Of a stretch of DNA of 64,000 nt, positions 27,253 to 36,527 are shown one piece after another. The first letter of the stretch is position 1; the number at the start of each line of letters is the position of its first letter. The stretch is from an uncultured bacterium (GTDB lineage: Bacteria > Bacteroidota > Rhodothermia > Balneolales > DATFMH01): NCBI GenBank assembly GCA_963783355.1, contig CAWANF010000001.1, positions 326,776-390,775 of the forward strand, read 5' to 3'. The notes under the pieces were generated by a model that ran no database searches, was not told where the DNA came from, and worked only from the letters and a program-made list of their open reading frames with translations. The translations under genes were made by a program, and so were the position numbers.

Positions 27253-28602
27253 TTACGATCCCGTTAAATTGGTATACTGCAGCTGAGCGTTCAATAAATT
27301 CTGCAGCGCTTGCTGGTAATTTTGTTGATCATTACTGTACTGAATTTCGGTATTCAACAACTCATTTAACTGAACCAGGCCTAAATCATAACGTTTTTGC
27401 TGGGTCATCAGCTTCTGTTCAGTGAGCTCCATATCAGATTTTAAAATGCGTGTTTTCCGCATGGCAATGTCAATATTCCGGCGGCCAATGACTTCCTGTT
27501 CCGGGAATTGCCGGATAAAATTCTGAACCTGGTTGTCCAGTTCTTTTCGCTTGATATCCAGCTTCTGTGCATCGGCACTTTTTTGTAAGCCGTCAAAAAT
27601 GGGCAGATTCAGGTTCAACCCGATATAACTTTGTCCGTACCAGTTTTGTGCATTACTTAAATTCAACCGGTCATTGAAATACTGCGACCCGAGGAAAGCG
27701 TAAGCACTGAGTGTAGGCAGATAATTTCGACGGTTTTCCAGGATACTTTGAGTGTTGAGATTTTTTTGAATCTGAAGTGATTTCAGTTCCGGAACCGCCT
27801 GTACATTCGGGGATGCTTGTTGAATATCCGAATCATTCTCCCTGACCAATTGAATTAAGGTGGAATCACCCAGTTGAAGTGTTTGTTCGGCCGGGAAACC
27901 AATATCCAGTTTCAGCTGAGCCAGGCTGTTGACATAATCCAGGCTGTCGGCGGAAACCTGCTCCTTTTGATTCCGGAATCGCACTTCGACCTGGTGGTAA
28001 TCGAAGGTATTTATCTGTTTATTCTCATAACGTGACCGGCTGATAGTAAGCAGTTTTTCGTAATGAGCCAGATTCCTCTTCGATAGCGTGGATTTTTCCC
28101 GGCTGACAAGCGCCGAATAATAATCTTGCCGGATAATTAATTCCGTATTTTTTTTCTGCAGATCGATCTGGTTCTCTGCAAGATGTTCATTCACTTTCGC
28201 CTTTTGAATGGAAGAAATCAGGGACGGATCAAAGATTTTCTGCTCGGCTTTTATCCCAACATTAATATCATTTGTGGAACCAAAACGGACTTTAATATTC
28301 TGACCTGGTTTCCCAATGATTGCGCCAGGAAGAATCGTTGTAGGCAGTTTCAGATAATTACGATAGTCACCGGTCGCAGAAATTTGAGGAAAATATCTCC
28401 GTATCTGGCTTTGAGTCTCTTTCTGATAAAAGGAGACGTCCAGACGGGCATTAGCCATACTCGTACGATGTTTGAGTCCGTATTGAATGGCTTCGTTCAG
28501 ACTCATTGTTGTTCCTGTCATTTGTGCCAGGCTTATTAGAGGGAAAGCAAGTAACGACAACAATAGTAAAATAAATTTCTCTTTCACTTTGGATGTTTTC
28601 AT
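27253..28602 (-). CDS. TolC-family outer membrane efflux protein
   Basis: 449 aa with a signal peptide. The sequence shows the typical TolC start (LSLNEAIQYGLKHRTSMANARLDV) and the duplicated coiled-coil/beta architecture. It is the last gene of the exporter operon. Confidence 0.8.
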   Translation of the reverse strand: MKTSKVKEKFILLLLSLLAFPLISLAQMTGTTMSLNEAIQYGLKHRTSMANARLDVSFYQKETQSQIRRYFPQISATGDYRNYLKLPTTILPGAIIGKPGQNIKVRFGSTNDINVGIKAEQKIFDPSLISSIQKAKVNEHLAENQIDLQKKNTELIIRQDYYSALVSREKSTLSKRNLAHYEKLLTISRSRYENKQINTFDYHQVEVRFRNQKEQVSADSLDYVNSLAQLKLDIGFPAEQTLQLGDSTLIQLVRENDSDIQQASPNVQAVPELKSLQIQKNLNTQSILENRRNYLPTLSAYAFLGSQYFNDRLNLSNAQNWYGQSYIGLNLNLPIFDGLQKSADAQKLDIKRKELDNQVQNFIRQFPEQEVIGRRNIDIAMRKTRILKSDMELTEQKLMTQQKRYDLGLVQLNELLNTEIQYSNDQQNYQQALQNLLNAQLQYTNLTGS

Positions 28603-28612
28603 AAACTTTCTT

Positions 28613-29734
28613 TTACGTTCTGAAAATTCGGGCCGGTTCCACTTTTCGGATGCGACGTGATGCGAACAGGGAACCGGATAGTGAAATGAGCAATGTGATG
28701 ATGAAAAAGATGAGCCACTCCAAAAAGTTATAATGATAGCGGACGCCGGCGTTCTGGATTCCCTGGCGAAAACCTTCCATCAAAACACCACCGATGGCAA
28801 AACCTATAGTCGCGATGATCAAAGCCTGTATGACAATCAATTTAGTGATATATCCGTTTTTCGCGCCGATGGCTTTCATAGTGGCATAATCTTTCAGGCG
28901 GTCTATGGCAGAAGAATAGAGCGTCAGCCCGATGATGACAATACCGGAGATGACGGCGAATAAAATCAGGGTTCCGATCGAAGCGCCGATCCCGCTGGAA
29001 GACAGGATGCTGCTGACTGTAGAAGCTGAAAATTTCTGTGAAGGCCAGGCACGAACTCCGGTTATTGTCGTATTAATTCTTTGAACCACAGCTTTCACCG
29101 AAGCTCCATTTTTGACATTCACAAGGTAAGCGCTCACCTTGTTGGCAGGAAACTTACTTAAATAGCGGGCACGGCCAAGCGTTGTGAAAATGTAATTGGA
29201 TCCAAATCCGCGGGCACCATTGGTGAGCATATTCAATTGAACTAATTTCCCGCCAATTTCCAGTTCATCACCATATTTCAATCCCTTAAGGTTTTTAATA
29301 TCAAACTTATCTGCCGAGACGGAACCTTCCTGCATCAACGATTTATCGCTGCCTTTATAAATATTCCAGGGCCCGCCAACGAAATAGGGTGGCTCCGAAC
29401 CAATCAAAACGACCGGAGACGTATCGCCGTTTTCTGTTTTTAGCTGTGAACCGGTAACGATGATTGGGTATACATTTTTCACACCTTCAATAGAATGCAA
29501 TTCGTTGCCGATACGGACGTCTAAATCGGAAAGACGGTTGACATCGGTAACAGAATGATCTACGACCCAGACATCGACCCCGGAATGATCTACGAGACCA
29601 GACATAGTTCCTTTGAGAAAAACGAATATTCCGCTTTGCTGACCTATCAAAAAGATGGCTACAATCACACCCAAAATCGCACCTACCGATTTGGGCTTGT
29701 CGTACATCATAAATCGCCAGGCTGTTCTTAGCAT
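28613..29734 (-). CDS. ABC transporter permease, FtsX/MacB-like (DevC-like)
   Basis: 373 aa. The layout is an N-terminal TM helix, a large periplasmic domain, then three C-terminal TM helices (FtsX-like), with the MacB/DevC-type start MLRTAWRFMMYDKPKS. Confidence 0.8.
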   Translation of the reverse strand: MLRTAWRFMMYDKPKSVGAILGVIVAIFLIGQQSGIFVFLKGTMSGLVDHSGVDVWVVDHSVTDVNRLSDLDVRIGNELHSIEGVKNVYPIIVTGSQLKTENGDTSPVVLIGSEPPYFVGGPWNIYKGSDKSLMQEGSVSADKFDIKNLKGLKYGDELEIGGKLVQLNMLTNGARGFGSNYIFTTLGRARYLSKFPANKVSAYLVNVKNGASVKAVVQRINTTITGVRAWPSQKFSASTVSSILSSSGIGASIGTLILFAVISGIVIIGLTLYSSAIDRLKDYATMKAIGAKNGYITKLIVIQALIIATIGFAIGGVLMEGFRQGIQNAGVRYHYNFLEWLIFFIITLLISLSGSLFASRRIRKVEPARIFRT

Positions 29735-29739
29735 ACCAT

Positions 29740-30717
29740 TTACTGATTTATGTGAATGAATACATTTACCCGCGAACCGATCAGGACCGGTTTGTGCGTG
29801 TCCAGGGCAATAGTGACTTTACGAACCCTGCGGTCTTCAAAATCGGATGGCTCATCCGAGAATATGGATTTCTTGCTCAAAGCCGGTGCCAGGTAGACGA
29901 TTTTTCCTGCGCCTACGGTATCTTGCTGCGCATACAGGCTGATGGTTGCTTTTTGTCCGGGTTTTAATTTTCGGGCGAATAGTTCATCGACTTCGGCTTT
30001 CACTGCCAGTGGTCCGGATGGAGCGAAATCACCAAATGTCTGATATGCTTTTACATACGATCCTTCATTAATATCCATGTTCAGGATAGTTCCATTGCTT
30101 AAGGCACAGATAAACCGGCGTGAAAGATCGACACTTGCCTGACCCAGTTCAGCCTTTAGCTCCCTCAGCCGGCTCTGTTGTGATGAAAGCTGATCCTTAA
30201 GTTCCTGCATCTTGCTGGAACCCTGTTCAAATGCAAGTCGGGCGTCATCCACATTCTGTCCTGATTCAGCCTGAGTTTGATACGCTTTTTTAAGCCGTTC
30301 GTAATATTGTTTTTTGTTTTGATAATTGATCCTGGCCGAATTTATCTGCGCTTTCACCGATTGGATGGCCCGTTTTTGGGTTTCAACCTGCGCCTCCATT
30401 TGTTGTTCTTTATACTTTTGTTCAGCATGATTCAAAACGATGATGGTATCACCTTTTGCAAGTGTATCACCTTCCTGCGCAACTTTTCGGATTACAATAC
30501 CGTCCACTTCCGAGCTGAGTTTAATCATATCTCTGAGCGGCTCGATCCGGCCAAAACCAGCTACGGTATTAACATGTGTTACATCTATTGGTGGCGCTGA
30601 TGATTCTGCTTTTTTCCCATCTTTTGTATTACATGAGATCAACAACAGCATAAAGCTGCCAATAAGAACGAATCGGAAGTAAATTTTCCATTGATATATC
30701 ATTGTATTCATATTCAT
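29740..30717 (-). CDS. HlyD-family periplasmic adaptor (DevB/MacA-like)
   Basis: 325 aa with lipoprotein-like signal LLLISC, a lipoyl-like motif (VAQEGDTLAKGDTIIVL), a long coiled coil and a beta-barrel end. The gene overlaps the ATPase stop (30714-30717). Confidence 0.8.
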   Translation of the reverse strand: MNMNTMIYQWKIYFRFVLIGSFMLLLISCNTKDGKKAESSAPPIDVTHVNTVAGFGRIEPLRDMIKLSSEVDGIVIRKVAQEGDTLAKGDTIIVLNHAEQKYKEQQMEAQVETQKRAIQSVKAQINSARINYQNKKQYYERLKKAYQTQAESGQNVDDARLAFEQGSSKMQELKDQLSSQQSRLRELKAELGQASVDLSRRFICALSNGTILNMDINEGSYVKAYQTFGDFAPSGPLAVKAEVDELFARKLKPGQKATISLYAQQDTVGAGKIVYLAPALSKKSIFSDEPSDFEDRRVRKVTIALDTHKPVLIGSRVNVFIHINQ

Positions 30718-31397
30718 GATTGATATTGAATCATACCGTTTTCCAGTTCAATGATTTTGTCAGCATACTCTTTCAGCCGGATGTCATGTGTAACACAAAT
30801 CAGGGCTTTATCTCGCTGTTTAGCCAGTTCTCTTAATTCTTCCATCACAATTTCAATATTCTTCTGGTCCAGAGCCGCGGTTGGTTCATCGCATAAAATA
30901 AGTGGTGGATCCGTGACCAGGGCACGGGCAATAGCCACACGCTGCTGTTGTCCGCCGGACAATTCCTTAGGCTTAAAATGCAGCCGATCCATCATTCCAA
31001 CCATTTCCAAAGCGTTCCGGGCTTTCATCAGAGCTTCCTTTTCAGATATCTTCATGAGCTGAAGAGGGAAAAGTACATTTTCGAGAGCCGTCAGTGGCGC
31101 AATCAGGTGGATCCCCTGGAAGACGAAGCCGATGTTATTCAGCCGTAATTCTGATAATTCATCATCGCTTAAATCATTCGTACAAACATCATTTAAGAAG
31201 ACTTTACCTGAAGTAGGATAGATGACGCAACCTAAAAGAGAAAGAAGGGTTGTTTTTCCGGAACCGGACGGGCCAAGTATCAACAATAGTTCATTGCGAT
31301 GCACGGAGATACTGGTATGATCCAAAGCTTTGACGATGGTATCGCCGCTTTTAAATTCTTTGGTTACCTCCTGCAGTCTTGCAACGACATTGTTCAT
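30714..31397 (-). CDS. ABC transporter ATP-binding protein (MacB/LolD/DevA-like)
   Basis: Walker A GPSGSGKTTLL, signature LSGGQQQRVAIARAL, Walker B LILCDEPTAALD, H-loop VTHD. Confidence 0.9.
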   Translation of the reverse strand: MNNVVARLQEVTKEFKSGDTIVKALDHTSISVHRNELLLILGPSGSGKTTLLSLLGCVIYPTSGKVFLNDVCTNDLSDDELSELRLNNIGFVFQGIHLIAPLTALENVLFPLQLMKISEKEALMKARNALEMVGMMDRLHFKPKELSGGQQQRVAIARALVTDPPLILCDEPTAALDQKNIEIVMEELRELAKQRDKALICVTHDIRLKEYADKIIELENGMIQYQS

Positions 31398-31632
31398 TTA
31401 CGTGATCCCTGAATAACTAAATGTTTAAAATGAATTCATAAATATAAGGTATCAGGATTTAATAATACAATGAAAACATTTAAATATTATCTATATATTA
31501 CGATATAATAATATTAGGAACCGCATTATGTACGTTCTCGTAAAGCAAACAGCAGAAAGAGTTGAATTTGATTTAGTATAAACCCGCAGGTAAATATTTT
31601 ATTTACTTTCATTATTTTGATCCGGAAAAACA

Positions 31633-32322
31633 GTGACAAATATGAATAAACGCTACGATTTACTTAAGGAAGTAATCGAATTGATGGGCCGGTTCGAAGA
31701 AGAATCCGGTGATGATAAAATCGATCTGCTTTCGTTTACGCTATGGCTGAATGAATACCTGGACAGTAAAGGGTACCAGGTAAAAACCGGAAATGGTAAA
31801 GTTACGGATTCGCCGCAGGTTCTGGGATTTGACTATACGATGGAAGCCAAGATATCCACTTTGGTGACCGGTTTATTCAAATATGCAAAACATTATACGA
31901 AATACGCTCTCGATGGAAGTCCCCTGGTCACGATGGATGATTTTGGCTTTTTGGCTTCTCTTGCCTATAACGACAGCATGACTAAGACGGAATTGTGTAA
32001 TCACAACTTACTGGAAATTACTTCCGGAAACGAAATCATCAAACGGCTGCTTAAAAACAAATTGATTGAGGAGTATAAAGATCCGGATGACCGGCGCTCG
32101 AAGCGGGTCAAAATAACAGACGCGGGTAAGAAATTATTGATTCAGACCTTTTCTAAAATGGATAAAGTCTCCCGGATTGTGGCCGGGAACCTGGGGACAG
32201 AAGAAAAAATCGAATTACTGACTATTCTTAATAAGCTCGACGATTTTCATAAAGTCATCCATGATAACGACTGGAAATCGGATATTGATGATATTTCACA
32301 AAAATATCTGAAGAATTCCTGA
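31633..32322 (+). CDS. MarR-family winged-helix transcriptional regulator
   Basis: MTKTELCNHNLLEITSGNEIIKRLLKNKLIEEYKDPDDRRSKRVKITDAGKKLL is the MarR HTH plus wing (D-x-R). The gene is divergent from the exporter operon. ATG 31642 is an alternative to the GTG at 31633. Confidence 0.7.
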   Translation: MTNMNKRYDLLKEVIELMGRFEEESGDDKIDLLSFTLWLNEYLDSKGYQVKTGNGKVTDSPQVLGFDYTMEAKISTLVTGLFKYAKHYTKYALDGSPLVTMDDFGFLASLAYNDSMTKTELCNHNLLEITSGNEIIKRLLKNKLIEEYKDPDDRRSKRVKITDAGKKLLIQTFSKMDKVSRIVAGNLGTEEKIELLTILNKLDDFHKVIHDNDWKSDIDDISQKYLKNS

Positions 32323-32362
32323 TGGTCTTAAGTAGCAACTTCATTTAGGTCTGCCAACAAAA

Positions 32363-32491
32363 TTACCACGCCAATGTCATCTCCGGTCCAGACCGGGGAT
32401 CCAATAAAGCGGAGATTGTGCAGTTAATGTTAGGATTATCTGAGAACGCGCACACAACAATCCCGGTCAAAATATTATTTGTAATGGACAT
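32363..32491 (-). CDS. Candidate 42-codon ORF directly downstream of the GCS2 ligase gene (speculative)
   Basis: ATG (32491) to TAA (32363-32365) translates as MSITNNILTGIVVCAFSDNPNINCTISALLDPRSGPEMTLAW. It starts 21 nt after the GCS2 stop on the same strand. The stretch looks less AT-rich than other intergenic DNA here. There is no convincing Shine-Dalgarno motif and I recognise no homology. Confidence 0.2.
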   Translation of the reverse strand: MSITNNILTGIVVCAFSDNPNINCTISALLDPRSGPEMTLAW

Positions 32492-32512
32492 CTTAACAAT
32501 CTGAAAGATGAT

Positions 32513-33754
32513 TTACGGAATGAACATGGTTCCTGATGCCAGATGATGGCATAAACTGCGGTACGTATTTTCAATAATATCCTTGTCAGGTTGATTCCCG
32601 ACTGATTTTATAATTCGTTCGGAAAGCGTACCATGGTCCAGGATAACTTCCAACGGAGCCCGAAATAATTCATTTTCACGTTTCTTGTAAGGAAGAATTT
32701 CATCAACAATGTGACGCCACAAATCCCGGATGGATATACTGTTTCGGTTCGTGATTCCAAATTGGATAAGAAAATCAGGATCCGAAATCACCGTTTCAGA
32801 GCCTTTTTTTATGGTATTAATCAGAATTGAAGACAGGTAATGTTCCGACCACTTTTTTTGATCCTCGAAGCAGGTCCAACGTTCATTGACCAGTGCTTTT
32901 AAAGTTGAAGTAATGATATGGACGATAGCTAAATCTGCCAGTGGGCATTCCTGGATATCGAGCACGCGTATCTCAATGGCACCCCGATCGAAACGGGCAA
33001 TAGCACCCCGGGAATTCAGCCATTCTTCCTGCAGTATTCCCTCTAAATCAAAAGGAGCAATATCGCGGTAAATCGGTTTCAGAATCTTATCCTGATATTC
33101 CTGCAATGTCGTAACGGCCTCGGGAACGACCTGTCCGGTAATGGAAGGGATTTTGATTTGATTTTTCCGGTAATACTCGAGCCGTGTATCCCTCAGACCC
33201 GTAATTTTTCCTTCAATAATGGGAGATGATGCTGAAAGTGCAGGTAATAAAGGCAAGAGCAGGCGAATAGCCGTATGGAGTTTTCCAAATTCAAGATCAG
33301 ACGCAAAAGGCAGGTTGATATGCGTACTTTGCAGATTCGACCAACCGTGTCCGGTGCAATCAAAAATGCGATTGTAGGAATGATAGATCGCAGTTTGTTC
33401 ATGAGGCCAAAGTTGAGCGTCTATATTTGGATTCATAAACGGATGAGCAGCTGTCGGCATGAGTTGCGCATTAAAATCTTGCAGAATAGCATTTATTTCA
33501 TCGATACTGTTTTGAAAAGCATCAGGGAATATTGAAATATCTTTTGCCGGACCGTTCGTTTTTATCTCGACGACATGTAGAACCAGTTCATTCGACCATG
33601 CCACAAGTCCGCGATCAACTTCATTCACATAGGTTCCCGCCACAGATTCGAGTACCTTATCGGCGATAGGAGAGACATTTAGCGTGTCTTTATCGACTAT
33701 CATGTATTCGAGCTCAACACCATAGGCTTCAAAGAGGTGGAGTGGATATTTCAT
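32513..33754 (-). CDS. Glutamate-cysteine ligase family 2 (GCS2 / YbdK-like carboxylate-amine ligase)
   Basis: 413 aa. The sequence FEAYGVELEYMIVD...WSNELVLHVVEIKT...HINLPF...IEIRVLD follows the GCS2 pattern. The start overlaps the ATP-grasp stop (ATGA at 33751-33754). Confidence 0.8.
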   Translation of the reverse strand: MKYPLHLFEAYGVELEYMIVDKDTLNVSPIADKVLESVAGTYVNEVDRGLVAWSNELVLHVVEIKTNGPAKDISIFPDAFQNSIDEINAILQDFNAQLMPTAAHPFMNPNIDAQLWPHEQTAIYHSYNRIFDCTGHGWSNLQSTHINLPFASDLEFGKLHTAIRLLLPLLPALSASSPIIEGKITGLRDTRLEYYRKNQIKIPSITGQVVPEAVTTLQEYQDKILKPIYRDIAPFDLEGILQEEWLNSRGAIARFDRGAIEIRVLDIQECPLADLAIVHIITSTLKALVNERWTCFEDQKKWSEHYLSSILINTIKKGSETVISDPDFLIQFGITNRNSISIRDLWRHIVDEILPYKKRENELFRAPLEVILDHGTLSERIIKSVGNQPDKDIIENTYRSLCHHLASGTMFIP

Positions 33755-35226
33755 AGCCAGTTTTTCCTTTTGCTTTCTTCAATTCGGTTGAAAAAGACGC
33801 GCATAATTTTATTATACAGCTCATCTTTCAGAATGGTGTCCTCCACGCCGGCATCCATACTGGGATTATCATTCACTTCAATGACGTAAGCTTTGTCATC
33901 AACCAGTTTGAGGTCAACACCATATAACCCGTCACCGATTAAGCGGGCGGCTTTTGTAGCTGTGGTCACAATTTGTTTGGGCACTTCGTTTAAATGGAAA
34001 GTTTCAGCGCGTCCGAATCGGCCGGATCGTTTCTTTTGCCAGTTCATGATTTGCCAGTGGCCGGGAGCCATAAAATATTTGCAGGCATAGAATGGTTCGC
34101 CTTCCAGCACACCAATTCTCCAGTCGAATTCGGTGGGCAGATATTCCTGCGCGATAATCAGATCCGAATCTTCCAGCAGTTTTTCCAGCATTTGTTTTAA
34201 TTCATCCGGTGTCTTTGCTTTTACGACGCCCTGGGAAAATGAGCTGTCCGGTTGTTTCAGGATACAGGGCAGGCCCAGAGTTGGAATGATACTGGAAACA
34301 TTGTCTTTGTTGACAATAACAGTTTTAGGTATGGGAATGCCTGCTTTCACTAAGCATTCTGCCTGGAAGACTTTATTGGTGCACCTCACAATGGATAATG
34401 GATCGTCAATAACTACGAGACCTTCGGCAAATGCCTTGCGGGCAAATCGATAAGTATGATGATTTACAGCTGTAGTTTCCCTGATGAAGAGGGCATCAAA
34501 TTCGGAGATACGGTTATAATCATCTTTTGTAATGAACTCAGTGTAGAAATCAAGGGCATGAGCTGCTTTCACAAAACGCTGAAGAGCTTTTTCGTCGGAT
34601 GGAGGTGCCTTTTCTTCAGGATTGACCAGTATGGCCAGATCATAAATGGTTTTTCTCTTCTTAATCTTTGCGGTATGTGGATTACTGAAAAATTCTTTAG
34701 CAAATTCCAACAGATAGGGTTGATGGGCATCGGGAACTTCATTCAAAGAGATAGCCGATACATTCTGCAACACCCATACCTCGTTCTTTTTATCCCGGGC
34801 AAAATTCACCCGCAATAGCGGTGCGGTGAACAATCCAAACAGTTGTTTGGAAAGACGATCATATTTTTTTGCGACGTTTTTACCGAAGTAAATGCTTAGT
34901 GTAAATTCATCAGAATGGATATCATGCAGACTTTTTTGAATCATGCCATCCAGATCGTCCGATAAAACACGAATAATCGTTTGATATTTCAGGTCCTGTA
35001 TAGTCGTAACATTAGGAACGGCCTGATGCCCTCGCGCTTCTGCAAGCAGGGAAACATAATAACCGGATGTTTGGTAACGATATGATTTGCACAAATTATA
35101 GACTTTGGCATTCTTCAAATCCACATACCTTGGATCTGCAAGATAAGCTTTTGCAGAAATGACTTCGACATTTGGGACGTCCAGGTTCCAATCCTTAAGA
35201 TTTTGGGTTACAACAAGCAGCGACAT
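33751..35226 (-). CDS. RimK-type ATP-grasp ligase with a long N-terminal extension (RLAN-like)
   Basis: 491 aa. The C-terminal ATP-grasp core shows LPCILKQPDSSFSQGVVKA, IIAQEYLPTEFDWRIGVLEG, YGVDLKLVDDKAYVIEVNDNPS. The first ~200 aa resemble the N-terminal domain found in a RimK subfamily. Confidence 0.85.
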   Translation of the reverse strand: MSLLVVTQNLKDWNLDVPNVEVISAKAYLADPRYVDLKNAKVYNLCKSYRYQTSGYYVSLLAEARGHQAVPNVTTIQDLKYQTIIRVLSDDLDGMIQKSLHDIHSDEFTLSIYFGKNVAKKYDRLSKQLFGLFTAPLLRVNFARDKKNEVWVLQNVSAISLNEVPDAHQPYLLEFAKEFFSNPHTAKIKKRKTIYDLAILVNPEEKAPPSDEKALQRFVKAAHALDFYTEFITKDDYNRISEFDALFIRETTAVNHHTYRFARKAFAEGLVVIDDPLSIVRCTNKVFQAECLVKAGIPIPKTVIVNKDNVSSIIPTLGLPCILKQPDSSFSQGVVKAKTPDELKQMLEKLLEDSDLIIAQEYLPTEFDWRIGVLEGEPFYACKYFMAPGHWQIMNWQKKRSGRFGRAETFHLNEVPKQIVTTATKAARLIGDGLYGVDLKLVDDKAYVIEVNDNPSMDAGVEDTILKDELYNKIMRVFFNRIEESKRKNWL

Positions 35227-35229
35227 AAA

Positions 35230-35943
35230 TTATTTAAAAGGAGGTGTTAAAATTAAAAAGTTGGCATCGTATGTGACGATTCCAAGCAGAATAGCATTTA
35301 TAAAACGTTGTATATCAACAGAATACAGGTGTCCACCCGATGGATTTTCCAGGAATGGATCATTTACAATTACTTCACGGACGCCAACGGAATATCCGGA
35401 TAAGACCACGAAATGTCCTACGGGTTCTCCGCGTAAATCATCGTAATGACATTGCGGATTACAACATTCCCGTTTGGTTCGGTACAGATACGTTGCACTC
35501 AATCCGGCTAGTATTGGTATTGATTTTCGCAGATAACGTTTTAATAAATCAGCGGTGAGCTCCTTATGGAAAACAACACCACCAAGTTTCAGGAATTCCA
35601 GATAAGCTTCGGTGGAACGATTTAATCGCGGATTTCTCTTGTATTCCAATTGTTTTTCCAGCTTTTCAATCAAATTTATATCCTTATCCATAAACCAGGA
35701 AGGATCAAAAAGCTCTAAGTTATAAGTACAGATTTTGGCTTTATATCCTCTTTTTAATGCATGAATAGCTAAATAAACAGCCAAAGTCCCACCATTTTCG
35801 AGGTAATGGACCTGATTAATTACGTCATCAAGTGAGATAGTATCCCCATAATACGCATAAACGGCATGCAAACTGGTAGGCCCGCATGTTGAATCGGTCG
35901 GCTGGGGTAAAATCTCTACATCAAATTTCTTCATTTTTCCCAA
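35230..35943 (-). CDS. C39-like (papain-fold) cysteine peptidase
   Basis: PTDSTCGPTSLHAVYAYYG is a candidate catalytic Cys context, as in C39 peptidases. GHFVVLSGY gives a candidate His, and VNDP a candidate Asp. ATG 35934 is a likelier start than TTG 35943. The stop lies 3 nt before the ATP-grasp start. Confidence 0.55.
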   Translation of the reverse strand: MGKMKKFDVEILPQPTDSTCGPTSLHAVYAYYGDTISLDDVINQVHYLENGGTLAVYLAIHALKRGYKAKICTYNLELFDPSWFMDKDINLIEKLEKQLEYKRNPRLNRSTEAYLEFLKLGGVVFHKELTADLLKRYLRKSIPILAGLSATYLYRTKRECCNPQCHYDDLRGEPVGHFVVLSGYSVGVREVIVNDPFLENPSGGHLYSVDIQRFINAILLGIVTYDANFLILTPPFK

Positions 35944-36170
35944 AGGGAAATAATTAATTGTTTACCTAAATATCCGAATTTCAATAGTTATTAGATATAC
36001 ATGAGGGCCAGTTTTTTAAAAAAATTTTCAGATTCTAATGAAATAACGGAAAATGGAATACAGAGGGAGAATGGGAAATGGTTAAAAATCAAGATTTCAA
36101 ATGTTGAATTTTGAATTGGGGAATTTTAATAAGGATGGTGCTACTCATTTCAAAGATTTAAAATATTTGC

Positions 36171-36192
36171 ATACCATAGGGGGGTATGGTAT
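36171..36192. promoter_or_regulatory. Candidate CsoR operator
   Basis: Perfect inverted repeat ATACCATA-GGGGGG-TATGGTAT located 35 nt upstream of the csoR start. A G-tract flanked by AT-rich inverted arms is the known CsoR operator style. Confidence 0.65.
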
Positions 36193-36226
36193 ATTTAGAT
36201 AAAATAAAAATTCAATTAAGTACATC

Positions 36227-36508
36227 ATGGACGCTGAAAATAGTAAAAAGGCCATTTCGAGATTAAAACGCATCGAAGGCCAGATTCGGGGTATACAGAA
36301 GATGATTGAACAGGACCGTTATTGTATTGATATCCTGACACAGACCGCTTCGATTGTTTCGGCACTGAAGGGAGTTGAAGATATGGTAATGGAACATCAT
36401 CTCCATACTTGTGTAGCCGATGCGATGCGCAGCAATGACAATGATTTAAAAAGACAAAAAATTGATGAAGTAATGACTGTGCTGAGCAAATTCAGAAAGC
36501 ACGGATAA
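36227..36508 (+). CDS. csoR: CsoR-family copper-sensing repressor
   Basis: 93 aa. The sequence LKRIEGQIRGIQKMIEQDRYCIDILTQ...EHHLHTC carries the C...H-x3-C Cu(I) ligand pattern of CsoR/RcnR (DUF156). Confidence 0.85.
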   Translation: MDAENSKKAISRLKRIEGQIRGIQKMIEQDRYCIDILTQTASIVSALKGVEDMVMEHHLHTCVADAMRSNDNDLKRQKIDEVMTVLSKFRKHG

Positions 36509-36527
36509 AGGATAAAGAGAGTATTTT

